A DNA stretch of 64,000 nucleotides from Verrucomicrobiota bacterium (GCA_050015635.1 JBEKBA010000001.1:100978-164977); one strand, 5' to 3'; positions 18,322 through 28,230 are shown, numbered from the stretch's first letter. Made by a program: numbers and translations. Notes: generated from the letters alone by a model not told the origin.

Positions 18322-20103
18322 CTACAGAACGTTCGCCGGAATGGTGAGATAACTCAAGACGAACTGGTAAAGCACCGGTGGAAAGACGAACGCCCAGCGT
18401 TCACTGTCGAGCGTCACTGAGGCCAACGCGGTCTGGTTGGAAATGGGCGTGCCGAAATCCACTGTGAATTTTTCGCCGTTCTTGAGTTCAACAGTGATTT
18501 GCAAATTGTCCGGCTTGAAGCCGTATTTTTCCGGCGCGGTGATGTTGCGTCCGACCCAGCCAGCGGCGGTCAATTCGCCGAGGCGGTGCGCGGTTTCTTC
18601 AATGGCGGGTGGATTGATGATGCCTTGGGAACCCGCCGCAAGCGACCATTTGTTCGGCCCGTTGTGGATCATCACGCGCGTCCGGCCGTTTTGACGCAAT
18701 GTGATTTGCGCCACGTCATTTTCGGTGAAATTCCAGATGCGGCGGTCGCGGAATTCCCACCCCGCCTCCGGCAGCCGTTTAAAATCCTCCGGTGTGATGG
18801 AATAAATGAAATCCTCATCCGCGCGCCGGACGAAAATCCCGTTGGTCTGCGCGGCGAAGGCAAGTTGCGAGATGACGCTGTTGGTGTCGCCAGCGGTTGA
18901 AAGCAAGGTAATCTGGCGCGTCGGCGCGGCAAGTCCATAAGCCTGCAAGTCAGGCGCCGTAACGACATCCTTCACGAAATCGGCGATGTGCAACTGGGCC
19001 AAAATCTGGATGAATGCCTGCGCGTTTTCGGCGTCAACCGGAAATTCTTCGCCAACGATCTTCCAGTCGTTTGTGCCCTGCCGCTGCAATATGAAATTGT
19101 CATCACCGCGCACATCGATTTCGTTCACGGGCGCGGTAAGTTCGAACAGATGCGGATCGCGGAAATCATTCACTGAACCACGCCACGGCGAAAAAGGTTC
19201 TTTATCGGTCGTGACAATGGTGTTCCAGCCTTCACGTTTGGCGTAGATTTGCGTTGAGTCGTTCGCCGAATTTTTGCCGAGGTGAATGCCGGTGACAAAA
19301 TTTGTGCCGTGACTGAGCCACAAATCAAGATCGGCGGGCTGCAAACCAAACGCGGTCAAGTCGGTGTTGGGATTGTCGGTGACAAACAGCGCGACCCGGG
19401 CGGTCTGAAGATGTTGCAACGCGCTGGTGATGCGCTCGCTGTCAGCACGCGCCTGCAACGGTCGCGTCATGAACCAGAGACGGTTGGTCGCGTCGCGGTG
19501 CAGTTCGATGGTTTTCGCACCGTTGGTCAGCACGATGGCGTCAAAATTATTTTCGCTTGCGTCCACGAGCGATGTGTCGCGCCAGTCGTTGACCGAGCGT
19601 GGAATGAATTTCAACCAGCCGGCGTCGGCCACGAACGCGCCATCCAGGCCGACAACGCGCAGGAAAACCTGGTCGCCGGGCGCTGTTTTGTTGCCAACCA
19701 ACAGATGCCAGCGTTGATCGCCCGCTTCGATGACGAGCGAAATTTGCGGCGGTTCAAAACCAAATTCCTCGTCCGCGTCGTGGTGTTCCTGCAATTCGTC
19801 CGCCCCGATGTGTGTGGCAGGCGTGAGCTTTTGGAGTGCATCGAGCAGCGTTTCGATGGCGGCGGTCTGCGCCGGATAAACCATCGGTTTGGACAAAAAC
19901 CAGTTTCCGTTCGTGCGGTCGGCGCGGATTTCCAACGCGCCGGCGGAAATGACTTGAACACTAGTGGCGGCGGACGGCTGCAAATCAGCCAGGATGTTCG
20001 CCGGAATTCCGGTTGGCGTGTTCCAGTGTCGCTGAAAAAAGAAAACAAGCGCGAACAATGCCGCGGCAATCACAAACCAAGTTCCTGTCGTTTTTGAGTT
20101 CAT
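18322..20103 (-). CDS. DUF4340-like periplasmic protein with N-terminal anchor
   Basis: Start trimmed to MNSKTTGTWFVIAAALFALVFFFQ (ATG 20103, overlapping the upstream stop by 1 nt). Repeated beta-rich modules. The position directly after a GldG-like gene is typical for DUF4340. Confidence 0.55.
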   Translation of the reverse strand: MNSKTTGTWFVIAAALFALVFFFQRHWNTPTGIPANILADLQPSAATSVQVISAGALEIRADRTNGNWFLSKPMVYPAQTAAIETLLDALQKLTPATHIGADELQEHHDADEEFGFEPPQISLVIEAGDQRWHLLVGNKTAPGDQVFLRVVGLDGAFVADAGWLKFIPRSVNDWRDTSLVDASENNFDAIVLTNGAKTIELHRDATNRLWFMTRPLQARADSERITSALQHLQTARVALFVTDNPNTDLTAFGLQPADLDLWLSHGTNFVTGIHLGKNSANDSTQIYAKREGWNTIVTTDKEPFSPWRGSVNDFRDPHLFELTAPVNEIDVRGDDNFILQRQGTNDWKIVGEEFPVDAENAQAFIQILAQLHIADFVKDVVTAPDLQAYGLAAPTRQITLLSTAGDTNSVISQLAFAAQTNGIFVRRADEDFIYSITPEDFKRLPEAGWEFRDRRIWNFTENDVAQITLRQNGRTRVMIHNGPNKWSLAAGSQGIINPPAIEETAHRLGELTAAGWVGRNITAPEKYGFKPDNLQITVELKNGEKFTVDFGTPISNQTALASVTLDSERWAFVFPPVLYQFVLSYLTIPANVL

Positions 20104-21581
20104 TATTTTCTTCGCACCAGCCAGACAAGCCCTCCGATCATTAACACCGCGCCGGGCAATGCGCCGAGCAGGAGCCAGCGGACGTTTTGCAGTTGCGTGC
20201 GCGTCATCGTCAAGCGGAATTCCGTGACAGGCTGTGGTCCGATACCCTTGAGCAGGGATGTGCGGTCGAGCAGCCAATTGACGGCGTAGCCGACGAAATC
20301 GCGATTCGCACCGGAGTCAATCTGTCGGTTGCCAAGGAAAAAGGAATCGCCGATAACAATCATGCGTGTCGTGCCGCGCGGGTTGGCGACGCCCGCGACG
20401 GGCTTTTGATCGACGGCGACCATGAGCGGATAACTGCGTGGTGCGACGCCGGGTTCGCCCGCAAGCGTGGAATCGGAACTTGAAAATGCGAGTTCATCCA
20501 CTTTCGGCGCGTCGGCGGGCGGATTTTCCAAATCCACGGCGCCGACGGGACGAGGTAAAATTAATTGCAGCGCAAGTCCTGTGAGCGGGTCAACGACAGG
20601 ATGTTGACTAAAATTGTAGACAATCACGTCTTGGCCGGAAATCGTGTTTTTTGGCTCCTGGACCACGTCAGCGATGGTGTTGACACCCCAGTGCGAAAGA
20701 ATCGGTTCGAGGCCGGTCGGTCGGCTGATGGAAAAATAATTAAGGAGTGCGAACAGCCGTCCACCTTGCGCGAGGTATTGGTTGATTTTCTGGAGTTCCA
20801 TTTCGGAGAAAGCCGTGCGTGGTCCGGCGATGATGAGCAGGTTGCAATCGTCCGGCACGACGTTATCGCCGAACAATTGCAGCGGCTCCGCGTCAATATA
20901 GTTTTGTCCCAAAATCGCGGCAAATTTCAGATAGCCCACTTCACTGGAATCTGTGAGCGAGGGCTCGCCGTGCCCCTGTAGAAAATACGCTTTGAGCGGC
21001 TGCGGATTTTCCAGCGCGAGCAGGACGGACGTGAACATCATCTCGCCGTTGAAAGCGACGGGCTTTCGGCGGAACTCGCGCTCCTTTTCATTCGGAATTT
21101 GTTCGAGCGTGGTTTGAACCAGTCCATCGCCGGGAACAATTTTGACGTGACTCTCGCCCGCGTCGAAGATAATGAGATTCTTGTCGCCCTGTGAAGTGAA
21201 GAATCGTTTGTATTGCTCCTTGATTTTTTGCGCTTCGCCCGCGTCGCGCACATAATCCACCGTCTTGACGGAAATGTTCGGATTCACCGAGCAGTATTCA
21301 TTCAGCAACGCGATGATGGTCGGATAAAAATCGTCCTGCTTGTCGTAATAAAGCGTTACGGCAACATGGTTCGTCATGGATTTGAGGATGTTCTCCGTGC
21401 GCGAAGCCAATTCGATGCGCGTTTGCGAACTCAAATAAAACCGACCGAAGAAATGCGCGCCAAGAAAATTCACCATCACCACGACGGCCAAAACCAGGAA
21501 CGTTCGCGCCAAAATGTCAAAGCCGATTTTCCAGCGATGGCGCAGTGAGAAACTGGGCTTGTTTTGGGAATTTTTCGGCAT
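20103..21581 (-). CDS. GldG-like ABC-transport auxiliary component
   Basis: N-terminal TM (ARTFLVLAVVVMVNFLGAHFF) and C-terminal TM (WLLLGALPGAVLMIGGLVWLVRRK) flank a large periplasmic domain. It follows an ABC-2 permease and ATPase. Confidence 0.65.
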   Translation of the reverse strand: MPKNSQNKPSFSLRHRWKIGFDILARTFLVLAVVVMVNFLGAHFFGRFYLSSQTRIELASRTENILKSMTNHVAVTLYYDKQDDFYPTIIALLNEYCSVNPNISVKTVDYVRDAGEAQKIKEQYKRFFTSQGDKNLIIFDAGESHVKIVPGDGLVQTTLEQIPNEKEREFRRKPVAFNGEMMFTSVLLALENPQPLKAYFLQGHGEPSLTDSSEVGYLKFAAILGQNYIDAEPLQLFGDNVVPDDCNLLIIAGPRTAFSEMELQKINQYLAQGGRLFALLNYFSISRPTGLEPILSHWGVNTIADVVQEPKNTISGQDVIVYNFSQHPVVDPLTGLALQLILPRPVGAVDLENPPADAPKVDELAFSSSDSTLAGEPGVAPRSYPLMVAVDQKPVAGVANPRGTTRMIVIGDSFFLGNRQIDSGANRDFVGYAVNWLLDRTSLLKGIGPQPVTEFRLTMTRTQLQNVRWLLLGALPGAVLMIGGLVWLVRRK

Positions 21582-21582
21582 T

Positions 21583-22335
21583 TTATCTCCAACGGCGGCT
21601 CTCCACCGCTCGCAAAGTCAGGAACAAAAAGAAAAACGTGAGACTGGCATAAAAAACCACCGAGCGTGTGTCCACCACGCCGCGTGTGAAATCGTCTATA
21701 TGATCGAACAAACTGAAATATGATAACGCTTGCGTCTGCCATTGTGCGGTCACGGGAATTGCCTTTGCCAAATAAGCCACTATAAGTAAGGCCACTCCGG
21801 TTGCTAAACTGATCATTGCTGCCACCACTTGACTGCGCGTCAACGAAGATGCGAAACAACCCATCGAGAGAAATAGACAACCATTCAAGAAAATGCCCAA
21901 ATACGTTCCACCCAATGTGCCTTTGTCCAAGGCGCTCGTCTGATTTGTAAAATGTCCCACAATGAAGAGGCACGCAAGTGTCGGCAACCACATCACCATA
22001 TAAAAAATTACCGCTGCAGTGAATTTGGCCGCCACCACTTCCATATCGCCGACCGGTGTCGTCATTAATGTCTCATACGTTCCAGAGGCTTTTTCCAGCG
22101 CAAACAACCTCATTGTAATTACCGGACTCGTTAGAATTACAATCATCCAAAATAACTGGCTGTTGAAAAACAATTCTGTGACTGGCATTGTGAATGGGTC
22201 GCTACCAAGATTTTTTACGAACATCACAAAACTGAATCCGATCAGCAATGTCACAGCGGCGATGATGACATAGCCTGTCACGGAAAAGAAAAATGCCGCC
22301 AACTCACGGCGCGCGAGGGTCAAAAAAATTCGCAT
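21583..22335 (-). CDS. ABC-2 type transporter permease (GldF-like)
   Basis: 250 aa with about 6 hydrophobic helices. Its start ATG overlaps the ATPase stop by 1 nt. Confidence 0.75.
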   Translation of the reverse strand: MRIFLTLARRELAAFFFSVTGYVIIAAVTLLIGFSFVMFVKNLGSDPFTMPVTELFFNSQLFWMIVILTSPVITMRLFALEKASGTYETLMTTPVGDMEVVAAKFTAAVIFYMVMWLPTLACLFIVGHFTNQTSALDKGTLGGTYLGIFLNGCLFLSMGCFASSLTRSQVVAAMISLATGVALLIVAYLAKAIPVTAQWQTQALSYFSLFDHIDDFTRGVVDTRSVVFYASLTFFFLFLTLRAVESRRWR

Positions 22336-23297
22336 CAGTTTTCTTCCTCCTCATTCGGCTTGGTGATTTGCACATAAATGTCTTCGAGCGAATGTCGGCT
22401 GCGCGTCAATTCGCGCATCATCCAGCCCTGTTCGCGTGCCAGTAAGAAAATATGCGGGCGTAAATCCAGCCCGTCGCGCGGCGTGAGCGCGCATCGTTGA
22501 AATTCGCCTGCTCCGGACGATACGTCGAACTGCTCAATCTCCGGCAGGCGCGCCCAAAATTCGCGCAACTCGTCAGCCGGCGCGGCGATTTCAACGATGA
22601 TTTGACTGTTGCTGGCCATGAGCCTTTGCAAATTTTCCGGCGTGTCGGCAGCCAGAATTTTTCCGCCCAGCATGATAAGCATCCGGCTGCACATCATTTC
22701 CGCCTCGGGCAAAATGTGCGTTGAAATCAAGACCGTGTGTTTCTGCGCAAGGCTTTTTATCAATTGCCGCACCGAACGGATTTGATGCGGATCAAGGCCA
22801 ATGGTCGGTTCGTCCAAAATAATCAATTCCGGCTCATGAACCAGCGCATCTGCCAACCCGACGCGCTGCCGGTAACCTTTTGATAATTGCCCGATAATGC
22901 GGCGGCGCACATCCGTCAAACCGCATTGTTCCATCACCGTGTCCATGCGCTCGCGCGAATGTTTCCAGCCGAGTCCTTTGAGTCGCGCGCGAAATTTCAA
23001 ATACTCGCGCACGCGCATTTCAGGATACAGCGGATTATTTTCCGGCATGAAACCGATGCGCCGGCGCACCTCATCCGATTGATGAAAAACATCGAAGCCC
23101 GCCACGCGTGCCGTGCCGCTCGTCGCCGGCATAAAACACGAAAGAATTCGCATCGTTGTGCTCTTGCCCGCGCCGTTCGGGCCGAGCAGACCGACGATTT
23201 CGCCGCGTGCGACTGTGAACGAAATGTCCCTGACCGCCGTGTGGCCGGCGTAGCGTTTCGTCAAATTCGTCACTTCAATCATCGCGTCGTGATTCAT
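22335..23297 (-). CDS. ABC transporter ATP-binding protein (GldA-like)
   Basis: Walker A GPNGAGKST, Q-loop, signature LSKGYRQRV, Walker B LIILDEPT, H-loop STHIL. Start trimmed to MNHDAMIEV (23297); the Met at 23282 is also possible. Confidence 0.9.
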   Translation of the reverse strand: MNHDAMIEVTNLTKRYAGHTAVRDISFTVARGEIVGLLGPNGAGKSTTMRILSCFMPATSGTARVAGFDVFHQSDEVRRRIGFMPENNPLYPEMRVREYLKFRARLKGLGWKHSRERMDTVMEQCGLTDVRRRIIGQLSKGYRQRVGLADALVHEPELIILDEPTIGLDPHQIRSVRQLIKSLAQKHTVLISTHILPEAEMMCSRMLIMLGGKILAADTPENLQRLMASNSQIIVEIAAPADELREFWARLPEIEQFDVSSGAGEFQRCALTPRDGLDLRPHIFLLAREQGWMMRELTRSRHSLEDIYVQITKPNEEEEN

Positions 23298-23544
23298 CAA
23301 AGCTCTCGCAAAGTGTAGTCGAAAAAAACCGGTTCCGGCCAACAAAATCCCCTCGTATGGCCACCTTCATTCTATAAACAGGCTAAACCGCCGTTGGATG
23401 CATTCAAATTTTCTCGCGGGGAACTTGACTTTACAGAACACTCCGCGCAAAAGCAATGTCAAGGTGTCCCGGCATTTGAGCAATTTTTACACCCAAAGGC
23501 GTGCGCAACTCAGTTCATCGAATGTTTTGCGCGATGAAAACAGT

Positions 23545-24924
23545 ATGCCGTCCGAACGCCTGCTCCAGGCGATTTGGCAGCATCAACGCTTGCGTCGCGA
23601 CCAGCTCAAAACCGCCGAAGGAAAAGTCATTCGCGTTTTTCATCCCGGCTTTGCCAGCGTCGAAGGCGGACCGGATTTTCGCGGCGCAGTTCTGCAAATC
23701 GGCGACGACGCGCCGCGCTCCGGCGACGTGGAAATTGACCTTCGGGTCAATGGCTGGCACGCGCACGGTCACGACCGAAATCCTAATTATCAAAACGTCA
23801 TTCTGCACGTCGTTTGGGAAGATGCGCGGCCAACGGTAAATGTTCCCACGGTTTTGTCGTTAAAAAATTTCCTCGACGCGCCAATTGGTGAATTGAATTT
23901 GTCACTTGAAAACGAATCATTGTATTCGCTGCCTGAAAATCTGCGCGGCAAATGTTCCGCGCCGTTGCGTGAACTGGACGAAATGCAATTGACCGAACTT
24001 TTGCGCCAGGCCGCATTCGTCCGCTTTCAATCCAAAGCCGGACAATTTCGCGCCCGCGCAAAAAACTTCGGTTGGGAACAGACGTTGTGGGAAAATCTGT
24101 TTCGCGCGCTTGGCTACAAACACAACGTCTGGCCGATGCAAAATCTGGCTGAATCGCGATTGCGCTGGGCGCGCGGCGCAAATTCAGCATTTGAATTTCA
24201 AGCGCGCCTGCTCGGCGTCGGCGGCTTGCTGCCGGACGAATTGCCGCGCGCACAAAAAAGTTCGGATACTTATTTGCGGCGTGTCTGGGATTGCTGGTGG
24301 CGCGAACGTGAGGAATTCAGCGATTGCATTTTACCACGCGCCGTCTGGAAATTTCACGGCCTGCGTCCGGCAAATCATCCACAACGGCGGCTGGCACTGG
24401 CCGCGCACTGGCTGGCGTCGGGAAGAATCGTGGCAAAACTCGAACTTTGGTGCGCGACTGAATTGCCGGATGAAAAACTATTGGATTCGCTGCGGGAAAT
24501 TTTTAAAGTCGAGAGCGACGAATTCTGGTCATGGCATTGGACGTTCAAATCAGCGCGATTGAAAAAGCCGCAACCGCTTTTGGGCGACGCGCGGGTGACG
24601 GATTTGGCCGTCAACGTGATTTTGCCGTGGCTTTGGATTCGCGCGGTCGAAGGCAAGAACGAAAAACTTCAGCGCGTTATCGAGCGGCGTTATTTTACAT
24701 GGCCGGCCGCCGGGGATAATTCCGTTTTGAAATTGGCACGGCAGCGCTTGCTTGGCACCGGTCAAAGTCGCGCGTTGCGCAACGCGGCGGCGCAGCAGGG
24801 TTTGATGCAAATCGTGCGGGATTTCTGCGAACACTCGAATGCCGTCTGCGAGAATTGCCAATTTCCAGAGTTGGTGCGCGGTTGGAAAACCCAAAGTGGA
24901 AGCGTGCCGCTTAATTCACTTTAA
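23545..24924 (+). CDS. DUF2851-family protein
   Basis: MPSERLLQAIWQHQRL...GPDFRGAVLQIGD...GDVEIDLRVNGWHAHGHDRNPNYQNVILHVVWE matches my memory of the DUF2851 N-terminus. Start trimmed to ATG 23545. Confidence 0.65.
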   Translation: MPSERLLQAIWQHQRLRRDQLKTAEGKVIRVFHPGFASVEGGPDFRGAVLQIGDDAPRSGDVEIDLRVNGWHAHGHDRNPNYQNVILHVVWEDARPTVNVPTVLSLKNFLDAPIGELNLSLENESLYSLPENLRGKCSAPLRELDEMQLTELLRQAAFVRFQSKAGQFRARAKNFGWEQTLWENLFRALGYKHNVWPMQNLAESRLRWARGANSAFEFQARLLGVGGLLPDELPRAQKSSDTYLRRVWDCWWREREEFSDCILPRAVWKFHGLRPANHPQRRLALAAHWLASGRIVAKLELWCATELPDEKLLDSLREIFKVESDEFWSWHWTFKSARLKKPQPLLGDARVTDLAVNVILPWLWIRAVEGKNEKLQRVIERRYFTWPAAGDNSVLKLARQRLLGTGQSRALRNAAAQQGLMQIVRDFCEHSNAVCENCQFPELVRGWKTQSGSVPLNSL

Positions 24925-25621
24925 GGTTTGCGAACGGGCTGTTGAGTCCGCCGGATTGTGGTTCACCGGCGACTGGCACTTTGGCTTTTGGCGGCTTCGG
25001 TTCGGAATGAGGTTCATGATGATTTTTCTCCGCCTCGTGACCGCCTCCGACTTGGCGCGGGTTCTTGGCGCGTTTATTGCGCGGCAGCGGGCTGATCATC
25101 GCGTTGATACCGCGGCCAATTAATTTTGGCGGAAAATCAGGATGGCCGTAGGGCGCGATCTCGGCGAGAAATTTATTGATGACCTGAAAGCCAACTTCGG
25201 TGTGCGCCATTTCGCGTCCGCGGAATTTCAACGCGATTTTCACCTTCATGTCCTCGCAGAGAAAATCAATCGCATGGGTGAGCTTGATGCCAAGGTCATG
25301 CGGGTCAATGCGCGGGCTCAACTGGACTTCCTTGACGGTCGAGGCGTGCTGGTGCTTTTTGGATTCCTTGTCCTTTTTCGCCTGTTCGTAACGGAATTTA
25401 CCGAAATCCACGAGCCGGCAAACCGGCGGCGTGGCGGCGGAGGCGATTTCAACCAAATCCACACCGCATTGGCGCGCCATGTTGATTGCCTCGGTGAGTG
25501 AAATGACGCCGAGTTGGTTGCCGTCCACTCCAATGACGCGGACTTCGCGGGCGCGGATTTTGCCGTTGACCCGGACGAACGAAGCAGGTGAAGAATTGCG
25601 TGGAGAAAAAGGGCGGCTCAA
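24911..25621 (-). CDS. infC: Translation initiation factor IF-3 with a C-terminal basic His/Pro/Lys-rich extension
   Basis: VNGKIRAREVRVIGVDGNQLGVISLTEAINMARQCGVDLVEIASAATPPVCRLVDFGKFRYE and KFRGREMAH are collinear with E. coli IF-3. No in-frame ATG lies upstream of the conserved core; TTG at 25621 is the track start. Confidence 0.85.
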   Translation of the reverse strand: MSRPFSPRNSSPASFVRVNGKIRAREVRVIGVDGNQLGVISLTEAINMARQCGVDLVEIASAATPPVCRLVDFGKFRYEQAKKDKESKKHQHASTVKEVQLSPRIDPHDLGIKLTHAIDFLCEDMKVKIALKFRGREMAHTEVGFQVINKFLAEIAPYGHPDFPPKLIGRGINAMISPLPRNKRAKNPRQVGGGHEAEKNHHEPHSEPKPPKAKVPVAGEPQSGGLNSPFANLKVN

Positions 25622-25753
25622 GACACCCTCGTCGGTTGTGGCATAACTGTAGGATTTCGCATCAAATAGATCGGCGCAACTGCCAACTCAAATAGTGGTG
25701 TATTTTTAATCATTTTCCGGCGTGTGTGCAAGCAAAAATTATAGATCGGAAAA

Positions 25754-26239
25754 TTAGTGATGCCGGAACAGCCGTTCCCGGTTGGCATATAAATACCAGA
25801 CAATCAACACGTTGAATGCCAGCACCCCGACAATATACCAATTCGGATGCCGCACCAATTCGCGCATTTCAATGGGAATAAAAAATGCCGATTCACCAAT
25901 CGCCAGCCAGCCGGCCCACGGCGCGCGGAACATCAAACCAATGCCTTCGACGAGTGAAAACAGGCTGTAGATGAACGTGCCGAGCGCGACAATGCGCACG
26001 TTGGCGGCGGTGATCTGATCCAATCGGTCAGTGATGTCCGAGAGAAAACGGCGTTCGGGATCGAGATGAACCCACGTCACCAGCCGTGTGAACAAATCCG
26101 GCAGATCCTGATTCGCCAATTTCAAAACGCCGAACGCCAGCGCCAGCGCCAGCACGCCCTTGATCAATTTGCCCACGATGATCAAGTAAAGCGTCGGCGC
26201 GCGCTTCTTCGTTTTCGGAATTATTTTTGTGTCAGGCAT
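25754..26239 (-). CDS. DUF2127-like small membrane protein
   Basis: 161 aa with four predicted TM helices, LYLIIVGKLIKGVLALALAFGVLKL...SLVEGIGLMFRAPWAGWLAIGESAFFIPIE. Confidence 0.6.
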   Translation of the reverse strand: MPDTKIIPKTKKRAPTLYLIIVGKLIKGVLALALAFGVLKLANQDLPDLFTRLVTWVHLDPERRFLSDITDRLDQITAANVRIVALGTFIYSLFSLVEGIGLMFRAPWAGWLAIGESAFFIPIEMRELVRHPNWYIVGVLAFNVLIVWYLYANRERLFRHH

Positions 26240-28023
26240 CAGCGGATTTTAGACAGCAAAAAGTTCAGAAGTTCGGAAATTTTCAAACGCTCCTGCCTGC
26301 CATCATCACGGAAACGAATCGTCACCGTATCGAGCAATTCGGGTTTTTCGCCGAGCGTGTCGAAATCAATCGTCACACAAAAAGGCGTGCCCGCTTCGTC
26401 CTGACGGGCATAACGTCTGCCAATTGAACCTGCTTCGTCGTAAAACACATTCATCCACGGACGCAAAAGGTCGCGCACTTCCTGCGCTTTCTTTACCAGT
26501 TCCGGTTTATTTTTCAACAACGGCAGCACGCCGGTTTTAATCGGCGCGACGCGCGGATGAAATTTCAAAATCACGCGCGTCTCACTTTTGCCCTTTTCGT
26601 CGGCTCCGGTCACTTCGGAAAACGCATTGCAAATCAGCGCGAGGATAAGGCGATCCACACCCGCGCTCGGCTCGATGACGTGCGGGATGTATTGGCCTTT
26701 GGCCAAACCGTCCGCGTCGTCGGTTGCCTGTTTCTGCGCAACCCCGGATTCAACGCCGGATTTTTCCAGATAGCATTTGCGATGGTCGTAATAACGCTTC
26801 CAAAGTTCGTCCTGCTTTTCTTTCGGCAGTTTTACCCACGCGGCGCGCAATTCCTCGTCGAACACCCCCATCGGCTTGCCGGAAAAACGCGCGTGCTGGC
26901 TCAAATCAAAATCGCTGCGCGCGGCGATGCCTTCCAGTTCCTGCGTGCCGAAAGGAAACTTGAACAAAATATCCACGCACGCGCGCGCGTAATGCGCCAG
27001 TTCCTCCGGCTTCTGCCAGTATTCCTCGAGCGTGTCGCGCGAAAGCCCGATGCTTTCATAAAATTTGATTCGCTCCCCGACCCAATACTGATGCCAGAGT
27101 TGCCAGCCCCAGTTCGCCTGCGGCTCGTCCGGAGCACCTTGCTGTGCGGCCACCGAACCGGAGATTGCCTCCACCGCCTCATCCGGTTTGATGAAAAATT
27201 CCAGTTCCATCTGCTCGAACTCGCGCGAGCGGAAGGTGAAATTGCGCGGCGTGACTTCGTTGCGGAACGCCTTGCCGACTTGCGCGATGCCGAACGGAAC
27301 GCGTTGGCGCGACGTTTCCAATACATTTTTGAACTGGGCAAAAATCGCCTGCGCGGTTTCCGGGCGGAGATAAGCGACGTTGTCCTCGCTTTCAACCGGG
27401 CCTACGTAGGTTTTGAACATGAGGTTGAACGGGCGCGCCGCACTAAGCTCAATGTTTGTTTCCGGATGAAAATCCATTGAATCTGAAATAAGTATGGTCG
27501 TTTCATCTTTGAGTGTAAGCTGTGTCCACTCTCCAGTTGCCCAATCAATTGACCCTTGGGCATAAAATTCTCGTGCCATTTTCCGGGCACTTTCAGGATT
27601 ACCGCCTTTTTGAAGCAAGTAAGCGAAATTTTTTTCAGACTTCAATCCACTTGTTGGAGATTCAGCTCCGGTCCAACGATAAACTGTGCCTGATTGCGGT
27701 TCGATCTGATCTGCGCGAACTCTTTTTTTTGTCAGCGGACATTCCCGCATCAAATCCGCGAACGTGTCCACGTGACCGCTGGCTTTCCAGATTTGCGGCG
27801 ACATGATGATGGTGGCTTCGAGGCCAGCGACGTCGTCGCGCCGGCGGGTCATGGTGTTCCACCAGAGTTCCTTGACGTTGCGCTTGAGTTCCGTGCCAAG
27901 CGGGCCATAGTCCCAAAAGCCGTTGATGCCGCCGTAAATCTCGGAGGATTGAAAAATGAACCCGCGCCGTTTGCACAGCGACACGATTTTTTCCATCAGT
28001 TCATTGGCTTTGGGTTCGGCCAT
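26239..28023 (-). CDS. glyQS: Glycine--tRNA ligase, alpha2 (GlyQS) type, with expanded insertion regions
   Basis: RRGFIFQSSEIYGGINGFWDYGPLG, RPETAQ, GKAFRNE and HVIEPSAGVDR. At 594 aa it is longer than typical bacterial GlyQS. Confidence 0.9.
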   Translation of the reverse strand: MAEPKANELMEKIVSLCKRRGFIFQSSEIYGGINGFWDYGPLGTELKRNVKELWWNTMTRRRDDVAGLEATIIMSPQIWKASGHVDTFADLMRECPLTKKRVRADQIEPQSGTVYRWTGAESPTSGLKSEKNFAYLLQKGGNPESARKMAREFYAQGSIDWATGEWTQLTLKDETTILISDSMDFHPETNIELSAARPFNLMFKTYVGPVESEDNVAYLRPETAQAIFAQFKNVLETSRQRVPFGIAQVGKAFRNEVTPRNFTFRSREFEQMELEFFIKPDEAVEAISGSVAAQQGAPDEPQANWGWQLWHQYWVGERIKFYESIGLSRDTLEEYWQKPEELAHYARACVDILFKFPFGTQELEGIAARSDFDLSQHARFSGKPMGVFDEELRAAWVKLPKEKQDELWKRYYDHRKCYLEKSGVESGVAQKQATDDADGLAKGQYIPHVIEPSAGVDRLILALICNAFSEVTGADEKGKSETRVILKFHPRVAPIKTGVLPLLKNKPELVKKAQEVRDLLRPWMNVFYDEAGSIGRRYARQDEAGTPFCVTIDFDTLGEKPELLDTVTIRFRDDGRQERLKISELLNFLLSKIR

Positions 28024-28230
28024 AGGGTCGGGCAGTGTTCGTCAATCGCGCGGCGCTGTAAATGAGATTTTGAATATGCAAATCGCAAGAGCGGTGCGTG
28101 GATTTCACGCGCAACGCGTGGAAATTTTACGCGGTTTAGCGCGCCGCGGAAAATTATTTTGCGGTTTTATGGGATTTTTTTGAAAAAAGCCGTTGGCATC
28201 AACAGTGCTAAAGATTTGTTGGAATTGGGA

